Part shown: one piece after another, positions 1-13,923 of the stretch
Layout: each line of letters starts with the position of its first letter
Position numbering within the stretch: position 1 is the first letter of the stretch
Notes under the pieces: generated by a model
Databases searched by the model: none
Seen by the model: only the letters and a program-made list of their open reading frames with translations
Told to the model about the DNA's origin: nothing
Assembly: GCA_973895155.1 (NCBI GenBank)
Contig: OZ316897.1
Coordinates: forward strand, 7,058,470-7,122,469
Direction of reading: 5' to 3'
DNA length: 64,000 nucleotides
Source of the DNA: Marsupella aquatica
Lineage: Eukaryota > Plantae > Marchantiophyta
Translations under genes and position numbers: made by a program

Positions 1-1856
1 GGGGATGAAACGGCCATAGGTCCTTACTCCTGGGACATGATGGTCCAACCCGTAGTTGGAGTCATTATTGCCGTAGTCCTCCACCACCTCCTCCCCGGCT
101 TGGACTACCGATTTCCCCCGCTGCTCTCCTTGTCTTGTTGTGAACACGGCCTCTTGCCAATCATAACTCACAGGTCCTAGTTCCTCCTCCGGCTTCCAGG
201 CTGTCTTGTCCCTTTGTTTACTGCAAACAGGAGCTTTAGGCTGCTCTTCCTCGGCTTTGGGACTCGAGGCTCCTACATACATTCAAACCCCCGGCTCGTT
301 GTGGAAAGCCTTTTTTGAGGAAGTATTCTAAGGAGTATTAAATCTACACTTTTCAAAACTTTTGAAGCATTTTAAGTGACAAAATGAGTCACTTAGAGAA
401 GATGAAGGAGTTAAGCTCTAAAACTGCTTTCACATTGAAGGATCTTTTTTAATCGCCAAATCATTTTCACATCTGAAGAATCGTTCAGGCGTTTTAAGTT
501 GGATTTTGATTCAATTTTTCTTAAACCATTTTCTCTCCCTTTTCCTAAATTGAGCTCATTAGATAGAATTTAGCTTAGCTAAACTAGTTTAGCCATCATT
601 AGGAATCTTAGCTTAGGAAAGTAGTTAGAACTACTCACCTTTTCAGATCTCTTTGATCTATGAGGGAGTATTATAATTGAACTCCCAGGCAAAATTGCCT
701 TGTCATTTTCTCTGGAAATGATTTGTGACCAGTATGGGTCTTTTCCTCATGCCAGGTTGGGCTTAGGAGGAAGAATCGCAGAAATGAGAAAATGCACCAC
801 CCAAATTCTACTGTTATTCATGATTTCCTCGTGCATTTCTTGCAAACCTTGGAATGACTGAATACATTTTAAGAAAACGTTTCTTTGGTTTTGTATGGAA
901 AAAATATGAGTAAAGTTATGAAATCTAGAGTTTAGAGAATTGTAGTGAAATTCCTAATGTAAAGCCGATCTTTGTCGAGTATAAGGAATTTAGGAATGGA
1001 GTGAAAATCAAACTTCTATTGAGAAGGAGCGATAGTCTCAGATTTTCCATATTAAAACGATTGATCATAAATATTTTGAGTGATACATAGTAGTTGTGTA
1101 AGGAAAGAGACTCCTAAAGATCTCAAAGTCCTTAATACTATCATAAGTTGATTTCCTTTATTCCCTACAGGAACGAATTCGAGTTTCTAAGATACATTTT
1201 ATACAAGTTTCATCTAAAACGCTTACCACACTCGTGTTCCGACCTCCTTCTTTCCTTGGCTCCGGTAAAGGGGTTTTCCCTCATGAGTTGGCTTAGGCCG
1301 ACTTCTGGGGCAGTGTCCTGTACCATTGTCGTTGTCGTTGCCGTCCTCTTCTCCTTCTCCAGCAATTTCAGCAGATTCTGCATGCCTGGTTGTTGCATCG
1401 GAGTCTTCTGTCCTTGGCCTAAACACCTGCTCGATCGTAGGACTATCGGGCTGGTTGGGTTTCTCTACTACCGGCCTCTGTTTCGGAACCTCCTCTGGTG
1501 CCCTTGCTTGTAGGGGAAGTACTGGGGCAAAGATCTGACTTCGGGCATACCGGCACAACAGCGGCATGTGATAGCCAAGCCGCGACATGCTTCCATTGCC
1601 AATCACTTGATGTTCCTCCTTCAAGATCTTCTTCAGTTGGGTGAGGAGGTACCCGTTGTAATCCTGACTTGGGTCTGGCCTCTCCGCCAGGCAGACCTGT
1701 GCCTTGCCAATCTCTGGCCTTGTTAAGTTCCAATGCATGGTTACTCACAAGAAATCGATTATCTCTCCGATGTGCAGGTTGGTGCAGGTGTTCCGGAAAG
1801 TCGCGGAACTCGACTACCTTAACACTAAGCTCCGGCGTCGCTGACTCCGACGCCAA
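1..1856 (-). pseudogene. Antisense, probably spliced accessory ORF in the 3' internal region of an LTR element (frameshifted)
   Basis: Overlapping minus ORFs 1443-1856 and 1223-1738 end at a GTAAG-type donor near 1225; an open minus-strand segment follows a TTTGCAG acceptor near 221. Lies upstream of the PPT at 2393. No recognisable domain. Confidence 0.35.
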
Positions 1857-2400
1857 GCTCCCTTATGGTCCAGGCCCGGATAGGCCATCCGGGTAGGACT
1901 TAGCATGGGGAGACTTGTGGGAAATGAGACATGGCACTGGCGAGGCTAGGGGCCAAGCTGGGGACACACACTAAGGACTTGGACTAGCCTATGGCTGGTC
2001 GGGTCAAGGGGAAATGGGTCGGGCTCAAGGATGGTCATCCGGACCGTCGGATGGACTTTGAGTTTTGAGGGCTTGGGAGCGAGCTCCTCTTGGGCCCAAG
2101 GCCAACGGAGTTGACGCCATTGGCAACGGACGCTTGGGGCGCAAGTTGTGGCCCGATCCGGGTTGGGCCGGTCGGGGGCCCCGAGCGGTGATCAGACCTG
2201 AAGGCCTAGGAATGAGCACTGGGTCGGCCCGGTCACAACGGGCTAAGGCACTCCGCTTGCGGATGCCTATCAAGAAAGTTATGGGCGTTGCCAATTGGTG
2301 GCACCCATTATGCGTGATGGGATCCGGGTTGGGGGCCAAATGTTTAGGGACCAAAGCTGGTCCGGGGGTGGCAGGTCTCCAGAAGCATATATGAGGGGAG

Positions 2401-3288
2401 TGGTGTCTCCCTGGGGGCTAAGGCCGAGCCAAAGTCGTGAGCTGCGGCGGTCGCGACACTAAGGGAAACCGCCAAATGGAAATGGCGATATCTTCCCAAC
2501 GGGAAGTCCGTTGGAGGACTTCTTGGGTGCGTTGGAAAGCTCTTGAGGAGGGATACGTCGTTCTGAGCTCAGATGGGTCTAGGGGTGCCATGGGTTCTCG
2601 TGGTTTGTGGGTGTTAGCTTGCCCGCTTGCCAAATCCTGCCGAACAGCAGCCAAGCCGCGTTCAGCCTCCCAAGGGAGCTTGCGTTGGGGAGGCAAGGCC
2701 AAGTAGGTATGGAGGCTGAGTCCCAAGGGCGCTCGGTCCCTAGACCATCAGTGGGGCGAACCGGGAGCGGTTGTTAGAGTCGGGGCGATTCTGGTCCCAG
2801 AGTGTTGAGACAAGCTTGGGACAAGCTTTAGGACAAGCTACACTATTTGGGCCATGAGCATGTCCTGAGGTCAGGGCGGTCAGTTGGTGATGGATAGGTA
2901 CGAGGGGGAACCCGGGCCGCGCCCAAGGAAGGAGCTGCCCTGGACGGACAGTGGGCGTGGGTTCTGGTTCCAGCTTATGGCATCGGGAGGACCTATCGTT
3001 GACCTATTTACCAACGTCTGTTGAGCTTGAGTTAGGATGCTAGACTTGGGGAGTTCTAGATCCGTAGGGGTTACTTACCGAGGTGCTTGGTTGCTTGTGC
3101 AGACAATGAGGATCGTTGAGTAGCGGTCGTGTAGGTGAGCAAGTTCGGCTTTGTATGGGAGGGGCCGCTGGTGGTGCAAAAGGCACTTGGGGGCTTGCTC
3201 GAGGTATTCCGTAGAGGCGTTCAGACACCAAGGGCACTTAGGCGCGAGTGCTGGGATTGGTGAGGGCGCTGGGTAGCGAAGTCCACCA
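2401..3288 (+). repeat. Gypsy LTR
   Basis: Termini TGGTG...CACCA; purine tract GAGGGGAG (2393-2400) immediately upstream; PBS immediately downstream. Confidence 0.6.
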
Positions 3289-3292
3289 CTTG

Positions 3293-3304
3293 TGGTATCA
3301 GAGC
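3293..3304 (+). promoter_or_regulatory. Primer binding site (tRNA-iMet)
   Basis: TGGTATCAGAGC followed by gag. Confidence 0.9.
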
Positions 3305-3434
3305 AATTGCTAGCATAGACACCGGGCCGGGGTTGTGCTAAGTCGGAATCCAAAATCTTAGCAGATTTTTGCGGGGACTTAGTGCTTCAACATGCCCGGC
3401 GGGTCGATTGCGGGCAGATTCGGTCGCTGGGAAC

Positions 3435-5783
3435 ATGGCTAAAAACACTCGATCAAAGAGTGGCAAACAGGCTCCCCCCACTAAGGGGAGAGCCTAAGTC
3501 CAAGATGAACAGAAGGAGGATGGGTTGATTTCCCTAGACGAACGTTACAAGTAGGACAAAAAAGATGCAACGGCCAAACCATCGACCGCTGTGGTGAACA
3601 CGTCAAGTGCAGAGCACCGTCGACTTAAAGGGAAGGAGGTGGCTGATCCTTCAGAGGATGGGTCGGACGACGACGACTCCAACGCAGAAGGAAGCGACAA
3701 CGAGGTTGAAGCCGAAACAGAGGAAGAGGGTCAGGACCCAGAGGAGGAACTGATCCCAGCCTTGAGAGGGTTGAATGCGGAACCAGAGGATGATGTCAAG
3801 CCGGACGTCATCATGGATAATTTGACCAAGAAAAACCAGGATGACGCAGGTGATACCTCAGTCCCGGGAGGTCATGGTGCTCGCAAGACGCGGGGGGTAT
3901 CACCAAAATCCACAAGAGAACCTAAGGACAGGTGGCCCGCAAAGGAAAGACGGTTGGAGGACCATCCTCATACAACCCGCAAGGGCTCGGCCGCTGACGA
4001 CGGTCAGGGTCCGTTGACTCAAGACCAACGACTCATCTATGAGCAGTTGGAACACAACAAGGGGGTCCAAATTAAGTACTTACTTAGTCTGGGTAGTCAG
4101 AGTGCATCGCGTCCCAAGGGGGGAATGGTAGTGGGACGGAGTATGTTCTAAGTAAACCAGCTACCGACTCCTCCAACTTACGATGGGGCCTACGAACAAA
4201 GTGGACAAAAGTTCTTGAGTTGGCTCTCCACAATGGAGATTCATCTCCAAGCGTGCGTTGAGCGTTCCACTTGGGCTACGGCAGCCGCTCCTTACCTGAA
4301 GGACTATGCCTTGACTTGGTACAAGTCATGGAAGAAGTCGCGAGAGGACTCCTCCTTGCCATTAACTTGGGAAAACCTGGTTGAGGGTCCCCGTGCTCAT
4401 GTCACCACTAAGTACCCGGAGCGGCATGCTAAGAAATGTGTAACGGAGATGAGCTTCAGGGGTGATATCCAAAAGTTCATCACTTATTACCAGAATCAGT
4501 TGGCGTGTATACACAGCTTCACAACTTTATCGTGAAGCTCCCGCCGTTGCTCAGGGAAAATTTGTAGGAAAAGCGTCATGAGTTCAAAACGCTTTCTAAC
4601 GCCTTCGACAAGGCCACTACGTTGGTGAATAATCGACCGAACTTGGCGAAGGTGGGTGGCAAGGGATCCGAGGGGGAAGCTAGGAAAGCAAAAGGTCTCG
4701 GGAATAAGCGTAAGCAACCTGAGGGGGCGGGGGCCGGTGGTTCGGATCCCCAGCCCCAGAATGGAGAAGCTAAGCAAAACCGGAAGGCCGGCAACTTTAA
4801 GAAAGGAGCCTCATCGGCACAGAAAGCAAAGAAGCAGGCAACCATGGAGCAGAGGCGGGCTGAAGGTTCGTGCTTCACATGTGGCGCCATGGGCCATCAA
4901 AGTAAGGATTGTTCCACGAAAGGTGGCAAGCCAAACGGAGATGGTGGAGGGCAGAAGAGCATTAAGGTAAGTATTGCTCTAACCGAACCCTTAGTAGCTG
5001 ACAAGGTCCCTATAGGGGATGTCCCTGACGGAGAGAGGGTGTTGTTGCAAGAGAAGATACCTAAAGTTAAGACAATGGATCCTGAAAAACTGATTTTTGT
5101 GAATGTCACTTCTAACGGTAATCTGGGTGTTGCTTTGGTGGATACAGGCACGACCGCCTGCTTCATAAGTGGGCAGGCGGCAGCTCGTCTTGGGGTGGAC
5201 GTGCAAGAGTTGCTACAACCATTAGTGTGCAAGTTCGCCAACGACACGAAGGGGATAGTGTCAAGAGTAGTGCATAGACTTCGGGTAGAGGTCATAGGCG
5301 AACAACAAAATTTTGATAGTCAGGAGATGTTCTACGTTCTAGACGGTCTAGCCATAGACTTCATTTTGTCGGTAGGTTATCTCAGAAAGCACAATGTTAC
5401 CTTGAAACCGGGGGGTGAGGTGCTCCATTTTCCCAATAAGGGCGGTGAGCCCATCGTGGTACACGAAATTACCGAAAATAAAGAAAGATTTCTTAAAGTA
5501 AAGTGTCGAGGATGTCTCCGTGTGTATCGGCGAAGCAATGGTGGAAAGACTTCAAGGGTGGAAATGAATGTTTCTTCTTTCATCTTCACCCAACTAAGGA
5601 GGCTGATTCGCAGCCAAAGGTCAAGTCAGCTAAGGTCAGGCCCGACTGCGGTCGAATTCCAGAAATTTTAGAGGAATTCGACGACGTGCTCTCGCAGAAG
5701 CTACCTAAAGGTTTACCCCCGCGGAGAGAAGTGGATCACCAGGTTTGGTTGGAGCCGGGATCGGCTCCTCAGGCTAAAGCTCC
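3435..5783 (+). mobile_element. Degenerate Ty3/Gypsy gag-protease, truncated before RT
   Basis: Gag-like WLSTMEIHL..YLKDYALTWY; zinc knuckle CFTCGAMGHQSKDC; protease ALVDTGTTACFIS; pre-RT LEEFDDV..LPPRREVDHQVWLEPGSAP. Stops and frameshifts present. Confidence 0.9.
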
Positions 5784-7788
5784 TGTGGAATGGCTTAGTG
5801 GAGGCTTGAGTAGGAAATGCGTCAGTTTTTTGCTTTCAAGGAGTAGTAATTACATAGTTTTAGTGATTAGCGGAGTTGTTAGGTTTAGGGTAACTAAGGA
5901 AGTAGAGTAGGGAAATAAATTGAGGGAGAGGACATGTTTCTCTAAGAAGTATCAAGAGTTGAGTAAGTTATTTGGTAAGGGCGGAAAAAAGTTATGGTAG
6001 TTGGCAAGTCGGGCCGAAGGTATGACCGATACTTTTGAGTGATAAGTTTTGCTAAGACTCACCCTATAGGTGCTAGGTAGTCCCTAGACCACACATAAAA
6101 GTCACAAAGTCAAGTGGGGTCTTAACCTAGGAGTTGTAAGTATTTTGGCAAAACTTAAAGTTACCAAATAGCGGGTCTCGAGAAAAATAGCTGATGGGAA
6201 AAGGTAGGGGTTCCAAGTTTCAAAGTAGGTTAAATATGGTCCACTATATCCCTGGAAACTTGTGGGAGAACTTGGTTATCTTTGGTTACTTTTTGGGAGC
6301 ATCTCAAAGTTGAGAAGAATTTTGGAAAATATAAGAATTAACCCTCTTTAACTAATTTTAGAAAATTGGTTATATGATTTTGTTTAGATCTTAGTAAATT
6401 AAGACATAGCCCTATGTCCAGAGAATCTATGGATCTACTCAAAAGTACTTTTGGATTTATAGGTGATTTTTGGCAATGGGTACAATATGGGCCGGGGAAT
6501 TATATTTTTTCCAAAATAACAAAATCCGACTAAATGTAAAAACGCTTCGACGAGGCTACCACAAGGCAGGAATAGGTCAAGCACAAGGGAGGCTAGGAGA
6601 TGGTTGAATAGACCAGGAAATCACAAGGTGAAGGAGCTTGAGTGGGAGTGGTAGTTAGTTGGACTTTTGTTATAGTGTGACTTTAATAGTTAGTTGGACT
6701 TTTGTTGTAGTGTGACTTTGGTAGTTAGGAGGACTTTGGTGATTGGACCTTGGTCCTTGGTCCTCTACCTTGGTCCTTGGTCCTCTACATTGGTCCTTGG
6801 TCCTCCACTTTGGTCCTTGGTGGGCTACCTTGGTCCTTGGTCCTCTACTTTGGTCTTTGGTCCTTGGTGGGCTACCTTGGTCCTTGGTCCTCCACTTTGG
6901 TCCTTGGTGGGCTACCTTGGTGTGGTGTGGAAGGAGAATAGTATATAAGGAGGAAGTTTTCATTTGTTAGGGACCGGGAGTCTCATCTCTTAAGTGGAAT
7001 CTCTACCTTGCCAAGGTAGGGCTAAGCTTGAGAAGGGAGAGGTGGTCCATGCTTAGTGTGGAGAATGTGTAGTGAACTTTTGTTTTAAAGATGATGCAAT
7101 AAAAGGAGACTTGTCAATCTTCATTGTGACCATTAAGTGTGAGTGCATTTGAAGTGTATGGAAGCAAGAGAAGAGTCCATGCTATGGTGTAATCTTGGTC
7201 TAAGCTCAAAGGGGATGTGCTAGTACAAAACCAAGGCCAAGGAGGCAAGGTTAAGGTAGAGCACTACTTTGAGACTTAGAGAGGATTATAGCTTGAAGGT
7301 GGAAAGTACTTTGCTTGGTGTGTGACCATGTTAACAAAAAGTAAGTACAAGAGGAAGAGTCCTTAGATAGAGGAGCCTTCTTTAGAGCTCAAAAGGGATG
7401 TGTGGACCCAAACCAAGGCCAGGGGGGCAAGGTTGAGGGATAACACTACTTTGAGGGTCTTGAGGAGACTTAAGCTTGAAGAGGAAAGTACTTTGGGTTC
7501 TTGGGTGTTTGTGTGAGAATCTACTCTAAGGTGACAGCTCGGAGCGAAGATCCCCCTTGCTGATCCTTGGAGTAGAGGAGAGGGGAAGGGTGTGAGTACA
7601 AAAGTAGTCAAGGGGACTACCTCTCTAGAAGTGGAGAGTTGAAATTACTTATGTATGGAGTGATTAGACATTGTAGGCACATTTCAGAAGTTTTGTCAAT
7701 CCTTTGTGACCCTGGTATGATATGGAATAGGTATTAGGTAGTCTTTTGGGGAGAAAAGCCGCTTAAGCTCCTTGATAAGTGTTTGATA
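5784..7788. mobile_element. Solo LTR (about 2 kb)
   Basis: TGT...GATA termini flanked by GCTCC at 5779-5783 and 7789-7793; homologous at both ends to 42444-45353. Confidence 0.75.
6741..6921. repeat. Degenerate tandem repeat (CCTTGGT-based) inside the LTR
   Basis: Many TGGTCCT/CCTTGGT units; source of the spurious repetitive ORFs. Confidence 0.9.
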
Positions 7789-7789
7789 G

Positions 7790-10700
7790 CTCCTTAATTG
7801 GCATGTTTGTGGGTTATGCAAACCCAAAAGGAAAACGGTAGTGAAAAACTGGATTGAATCCCGGAGAGAAAGAATAGACATTTTGGTGTTACAAGAAATT
7901 AAGGCTGAGCAATTAAGGCTAGATATTGCTCTAAGAGCTATATTGCCCACGTACCAATACTTGACATCAGCACCGGATGGAGGCCGTGGAGGATCTGCAC
8001 TACTGCTACACCCAGACCTGAAACTAGTTGCCTTTGGAGTCGTGGATCTAGCACAAGCTGTGTGGGCTCTAGTGGTCTCAAGGGGCACGCCTTTGGTATA
8101 GTGAGTATATATGCGCCAAAATTTCCCCGTCTGCGAGCTAGCTTATGGAACAAGCTCAAAGCCAACCTGCCTCAAGGGAACTGGATCTTTGGCGGGGATT
8201 TCAACATGACTGAGACCGAGAGGACTCTACGAGCATCTCACCTCTGATCAAGGGGGGAAAAGCGGAGCTGTGGAGATTCTTGAAGGTTTGGTTTGATCTT
8301 GCTGATGCTATGCTGATCAAGGGTACTGTTATTGGCGCTTGGTTTACTTGGCGTCGTTGTAGGAATAATGTGATCGTGCAGTCACGACTAGACAGGTTCT
8401 ACATCAGCAAAAAAGGAGAATGGCTTGGCAAACTGGTAGAGTTGATTCATGAGGGTGGTTCTGCGCTCTCGGACCATGACCCTGTGGTGTTACATCTTTG
8501 TTTGGGTGACTTGGAGGGTGGTTTATCACCCATCAGGGCGGTGTGGTTCAAAGCTAACCCTACTGTGGTGAGGAACAAGGGATTTCTGGAAGAGCTTGAA
8601 GCGGCATGGAGATGAGGCAAGGGGGACTGCTTGGATCCCTTGTTGGCATTTGATAGGGATCACTCTAGCATGCGGAAGATGTATAGGAAGAAGTAGAGCA
8701 CTCCAAGAGATTGTTTGGAAGAAATGCTATTTTTAGGCAATAAGCTACGCGTACTCAAACTATCCTTGTTGGAGGAGCAATCTGAGGAAGACCTGAGTAT
8801 GTACATTGACGTTGAGGACCAACTGCATGCAGCTGAGCTAGAAGAAGCACATATTGGGAGGAGACTTGCCCGGATCAAATGGCTCGAGGAAGGAGACGAG
8901 CCTTCTAAATTTTATTTTGCAACTGTAAAAGCAAAAAGAAACAGGGAGACCATGAAGACTTTGATTGTTGAGGGAGGACTGAAGATTATGGATCCGGTGA
9001 TGATTTTGAAAGAAGTAGTAAAATAGTGCAAGGATTTTTATGCCCCACTTGCTCCCTCAACAGCCAAGAATGGAGAGATGTTGCGTGTTAGGAGAGAGTT
9101 GTTGGCTCATACTAGCCACTCTTTATCCACTGCAGAGTTGACTAAGATGGAAAGACTCCCAGATTGTAAGGAAATAAAAGAGACTGTATGGAGGCTGCCC
9201 CTAGATAAGACTCCTAGACCAGATGGGATGACTATTGAGGTGTACTGGGCATGTTGGGAGTTCATTCAGGTGGATCTGACTGCCATGATACACGTTTTCT
9301 GGCTGACTGGAAAGTTTGCGCCAGGGGTAAAGGATGGGATAATTAAATTTATCCCCCAAAAACCAGACAAGTGATTTCTGAAGGATTGGCGACCTCTAAT
9401 TATGTTGAATACAATATACAAACTCATTGCTAAGATTGTAGCGAATAGGCTGAAGCTCATATTACCTAAATTGATAAACGCCCAGCAGACAGGGTTCATC
9501 CCGGGAAGGAACATTTTGGAAAACATATCTCTTGCCTAGTTAACCTGCAATTAGGTGAAGAATAGGAAACAAGAATCTCTGTTTCTCAAGCTGGATTTTG
9601 AGAAGGCATTTGATAGAGTTAACCATGAGTACATCTGGGAGACAATGCACTTACTAGGGATCAATAGTCACTTTATTAAGCTGGTGCAAGATTTGTTAAC
9701 AGATGCCATGTCACGAGTAATGGTGAATGGCTTGTTGAACCGTGACCATTGGGCATTGGGTTGAACCATGGAGTCGGACAAGGATGCCCACTATCCCCTT
9801 TACTTTTTGTCATATCAATACAACCACTTATGGATCTCATGGATGCGGAACTGAAGGTTGGGAGGTTACTTGGGATTAAAATCTATATATGAGACACTTA
9901 CAATCTATTACAGATTATTTGCAGATGACCTAGGAATGATCATCCCCGCTATAGAGTGCAGTTTTCAAATGGCAAGAACAATGTTGAACTGTTACAAAAC
10001 TGCCACAGGAGCAAACTTAATTTGAGGAAATCTTTTGTGATCCCTTTAGCTATACTATGTATCCCACATTGGCTGATAAACACTGGATGCCTGATCAACA
10101 AATGTGGGGAGACCCAAAAATACCTTGGTGCCCCTCTGGGAGTAGATCTGAGGACCGATCAGTTGCATCGATTTGTTTTAGACAAGGTCGGAGCGCGGCT
10201 ATCCTCATGGGCAAACAAGTTGTTATCCTTTTTTGGAAGGGTTCTGTTAGTTAGACATTTACTCCATGCTATTCCTATATACCACTCAATGTTCCTAAAG
10301 GCTGCAGAAAGTTTGGCTAAGAAACTGATTGCACTATGCCAAGACTTTATGTGGGGATATAACCCGGAGGGGGGAAAACGGGTACCACTTGTCTCTTGGG
10401 CCAGGATGGCCAGGCATAGAGTGGAGGGAGGACTTGGTCTAAAGCACTTTTGCTGCCACTCCAATGCTCTCCTTTCAAAGTGGTTTACATGGGTTCTTGA
10501 CTCTCCCCACACTGAATGGGCAGGAATTTTTGCTGAAAACTTGAAGTTGGTTGGATGGCAGAACTTCAACTGAAGCTGATTTGTAGGAACAAGTACTCTT
10601 TCCAAGATAAAATGCTTTTGTGTTGCCCTCGTTTGTTTAATGGTCTGACATACACAGGGGGACTTTGTAAAGCATGGATCCAGATTTGTGCACACTTAAT

Positions 10701-11969
10701 CTTTTTGCCGTCCCACGAGATGCCCGGGAGGTGGAATGTGAACGACACTCTGCAATGTTTCAAGGGCTTACAATCCTGGCCTAACCAGGACTACGTTGTG
10801 GTCAAGTTTTTGTGCGGTTGCATGGGCATCCAATGCATCCAGGACCTATGGGACAGGGAGCTGAATGAATGGCGCATTCTGGATGGTGTACTGGAACATA
10901 CCAAGGGCTTCACAGTGAGAGAGAAGGACTGTTGCAGAGATTTTTTGGGGAAGATAAGGACGACTATGGGCTGCAACATGTACCACGAGCTAGGTCCGAG
11001 AGACTGGTGTTGGGCTGATTGACCGACAACACTGAAGTTTTTTAGGATCAACAACCGGAGGGCCTATATTCTCATTTGCCCTGTGGTAGCTGACTACGCC
11101 ACTCTGAACCAAACTTGGGATTGCATCAAAATGGAGGCTGATTGGAACACAAGTTGGGCAGGTTTGTGGGGTTCAGACTTGTAGTCTAGGGCCAAGACCT
11201 TCATATGGAGGATCCTGGCCTCTAGGTTGTTCATTGGTGTGAGAGCCGTCCGCATTGGCAAGGGAGACGGCCACTATAAATTGTGTACGGGGTAGTTGAA
11301 ACTATTCCTTGAGTCACCTTTTTACCAAGTGTTGCATGCTAGAAAATGTTGGGCTCTAGGAGCTGAATGATACCAAGGCACCTTTATGGATTACTCAGAC
11401 CACATGCTGGTGATGGACGATCTGACAGTCCAGAAAGATCATCTAAGGGTAGCTAAACTACTTGTATTTTACCAGATCCTTTGGTCTCTTTGGCTGGGGC
11501 AAAACACACAGTTGTTTCAGGCCAACGGCTGTAGGAAATTTGATCTTAGATTCATATTATCAGAAGCTATTGATCATGTGACTGCTGTTGGTCTGTGCTT
11601 GTCCTCGGGAAGGCAACACACTAGATTGCTAAGGGTGAAAGAGTTCATTAACCAGGAAAGAATAGCTTGGTTGCATAGACGGGATGTATGGATACCCTCT
11701 GAGTGAGACCCGGTCTTAACCTAATGGCTACTCCCAGAGGGATTGATGGGCTGCACTGCCCTTTCCCTTTGGAGACTCTTGGTGGGACTCAGGGTGCCCC
11801 CGGGTTGCATTGGTTACGATGACGCTTTGTTGGATGTGATGTTATTTGATACCTGTCTGCCCTTTCAGAGGCATTGTTGTTTGTTGGCTGTTGATTGGCC
11901 TAGTTGTTTCCCCTTTGCCATGGGGTTTTCGTGGCTAACTTATTAATGAAAAAATGCATTTCAAGGAAA
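7790..11969 (+). mobile_element. Decayed L1-type LINE ORF2 (endonuclease, RT, C-terminal region) with 3' UTR and A-rich tail
   Basis: LNWHVCGL, LVLQEIK, GGDFN, SRLDRFY, SDHDPV (EN); LKLDFEKAFDRV, GVGQGCPLSP, LFADD, KYLGAPL (RT); many stops; A-rich end at 11945-11969. Confidence 0.93.
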
Positions 11970-13923
11970 ACTTGGAATTCTCCCCCGTTTTGACCACCTC
12001 GGTGAATAACCAAAATGCAAACTAGTACCCAACATCAGAAACACAATTCAATTGGTGCACCTTGTGGCCAACTCCGATGGCTACCTCCTTGCCAAAGACA
12101 AACAAAAAAAGTTACCATTCGGCGGACGGAATCTTTGACGGACAACCTAAAACACACTCTCTGTTTTTTGGGAATATTCCCGCATAGAGTAGCAAGGCTC
12201 ACAGGGGACCATTCCCCCTGTCCAAGTGGTGAAAGTGGAGGGCGGCAAGTCCCGGGATGCGGCTACTAATCAAAAACTGGGGAAAAGGAATAAAAATAGG
12301 GGCTAAAGGGGGTTTAAAGCCCCTTTATTAAATTGGGCGTTTAAAAAAAAGGGGGGGATTCATGGGGGAACTGAATTGATTTATTTATGGCTACCATTCC
12401 AAGGAAAAAAAGGGGGGGGATTCGTTTGGATGGGCACGTACAAGGCGGGGTTGCTCACAGACGGCTGGGAGGAGAAGCCACAAAATGGCTACCTGAAGCA
12501 CTCGTTGAATGCGTGAAGGGCTGCAAAGGGGTGGTGACCGGCGGGAGGGCAAGGGAGGACCGACGGGCTGACGGGGGCCTCCCTTGCCCTCCCGCAGTTG
12601 TGGCTTGTGTATTTGGAGAGGGGCGGTGGTGGGGTGCGTAAGGGAGGACTGGGTGTGTGCACACACCAACTTTGAAACTCCCTAAAAAAAACCGAAAAGG
12701 CCCCCCAACAATACAAAGGAAATAACCACACGTCGCCAAGGAGAAGAAAACAGCATGCGCCTCGTAAGGGCCCTAAAGACACTTCTCTCCAAAGAGTGAT
12801 AGGGTCTCTATATAGAGAGAGAGACGTAAATGGAGTATTTTTTGAGCAAGAAATTGGTCCGTAAGAAATCCAAAAATGCTTGTGGAAATCAAATGAAAAT
12901 ATCTTGCACCTTGTAACGTTCGGATTATGGCGAGGAATCAAAAACCGATGTCGGTGAGTTGGAATGATTTGCGCACCCACACCGTTTGCTGGTCAATCAA
13001 TGGCAAAAGTTCAGAACTCCCTCCCTCCCGTGGGCAAACACATCAATCTTGGACTCAAAAGGATCACCTCTTCATGATCTCTCCGTTCAGCCCAAGCACT
13101 TCATGTCTCTCCCTCCGAGTTGAGCGCAATGATGATAAACCCGCTCAGGCAAAACAAGACTCCATAGCTGGTCAGAAAATCAGAATGCTTCTTTTGCTCG
13201 TTGTGACGCACTCGTTACACACTCGGCAACAAACCATCTACCAAAACGATCAGCTTGTCCCGATCTACAAGTGGAGCTACAGCATGCGACGCCTCATGCA
13301 CCACAAAGCTCACACCGTCGAAAAAATGAACTCTTGTCCCTCCTTCAAAAAACCATTAAACACGAATGTTGTCAACTTTCTTCACAAAATCCAGAACGAC
13401 AAAAACTTAGATCTCTCCGCACCACAAACTCCGTTCAACAATTTCTTTGCACCGTTAGAAAGCCCTTGCCCCGATCTATCCGCTGAGCCCCAAAACTCCA
13501 AGTTCCATGCTACAGAACTCCAGGAAACCCACCGACACTCAATGTTGGAAAAACCGTCACGAAATCCCGTCACGAACACACGTCACCTCCCAGGCATGCT
13601 CTGATACCAATTGTTGAGCATAGACGATAATTGTAACGGTAAGCACATGACACATCCAATGCGCAAGTAGTCAACACAAGAGATACGTGGTTCACCTCCT
13701 CGAGACTACGTCCACGGGAACACACAAGAGAGTTTTACTGAACTCTAAGCCCGTCTCCTCACCTCTCAAGTGGCTCCATAACAATGAGCCTAAGTTCCAC
13801 TTATCCAAGCAAAACCGCTTGGCATATAGTGTGCATCCTAGTTAACCTAACCACATCTCCGACTATGGTTAGCCTAACTATGGTTATATATCATAACCCT
13901 AGACCTTGAGTAAATACCTAACA
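11967..13923 (-). mobile_element. Truncated Copia copy: 5' LTR (13612-13923), PBS (13598-13609) and leader
   Basis: Homologous to 40033-41608; PBS reverse complement GCTCTGATACCA; LTR TGTTG...TAACA. Confidence 0.9.

Noticed and set aside
6670-6970. Four overlapping ORFs
   Set aside because: Artefacts of a tandem repeat inside an LTR.
12190-12880. G- and homopolymer-rich segment replacing part of the Copia leader
   Set aside because: No termini, TSD or coding signal; may be low-quality consensus or an unclassified insert.
12927-13604. 225-aa ORF (and 40944-41258, 40434-41045)
   Set aside because: Copia leader sequence; the frame is only partly shared between the two copies and has no domain.
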